In this document: one piece after another, positions 63,644 through 64,000 of the stretch
Numbering within the stretch: position 1 is the first letter of the stretch
Layout of the letters: each line of letters begins with the position of its first letter
DNA from: Balanoglossus misakiensis
Lineage: Eukaryota; Animalia; Hemichordata
Length of the DNA stretch: 64,000 bases
NCBI GenBank assembly: GCA_040954595.2
Contig: CM082577.2
Span: forward strand, 20,124,303-20,188,302
Reading direction: 5' to 3'
Made by a program: the position numbers and the translations under genes
The notes under the pieces: model-generated
Seen by the model: only the letters and a program-made list of their open reading frames with translations
Told to the model about the DNA's origin: nothing
Database searches by the model: none

Positions 63644-64000
63644 TACTGAAACCAAATTTGACATGTCAGGTACATACATACATTGATTGTTTGATGGGTT
63701 GGTGAGAGGCCAAGTTGATTCTAAACTTTGAGGTGACTTTTCACCTTCTTTATCAACTACAGTAGATGATACAGACCCCTGATTTTTAGTGGTATGGGTA
63801 TGTAATGGAACATAATTCATTTAGAAATTTTGGGATGTTTGAGCTTAGCATCAGTAATGCATACTGATTACCTAGTTATTTAACAGATTGTAACTCTATA
63901 CAATGCACATTAAAAATACTACACTTCCTTAGATTTTAGATTCAGTTGATGGGATGTATGTGAGCCATTCTGGTTTGCACACAAGGTGTCCATTGATTCA

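Noticed and set aside
61691-63686. Cys/Ala-rich ORFs near both ends of the CACTA-like element
   Set aside because: Produced by CTGCAG-rich subterminal repeats; no transposase motifs

Overview
AT-rich animal genomic DNA, probably from a marine invertebrate such as a hemichordate or echinoderm (taxon is inference only). The whole window lies within one + strand gene whose 5' end is upstream of position 1. I can splice 47 GT-AG exons in frame from 1193 to ~61387: 35 calcium-binding-type EGF exons, one CUB exon, 9 further EGF exons, a transmembrane exon and a short cytoplasmic-tail exon. That gives ~1,880 aa of a giant single-pass fibropellin/Notch-like EGF receptor with no LNR, ankyrin, LamG or avidin domain. 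The introns are packed with non-autonomous DNA transposons (TTAA/Kolobok-like, P-like, MULE-like, Tc1/mariner MITEs, CACTA-like, DINE-1/HINE-like), a solo LTR, a SINE and mini/microsatellites. Most notable: (1) several long-hairpin element families conserve a strand-specific ssDNA fold (tandem GA/GA mismatches, GNA/GNNA loops) rather than sequence; (2) the 3' end of one HINE-like family sits at branch-point distance upstream of four exons; (3) the EGF array has a 10-exon higher-order periodicity; (4) a composite insertion has a 29-bp flanking duplication and a captured inverted copy of nearby DNA. All coordinates and counts were done by hand.
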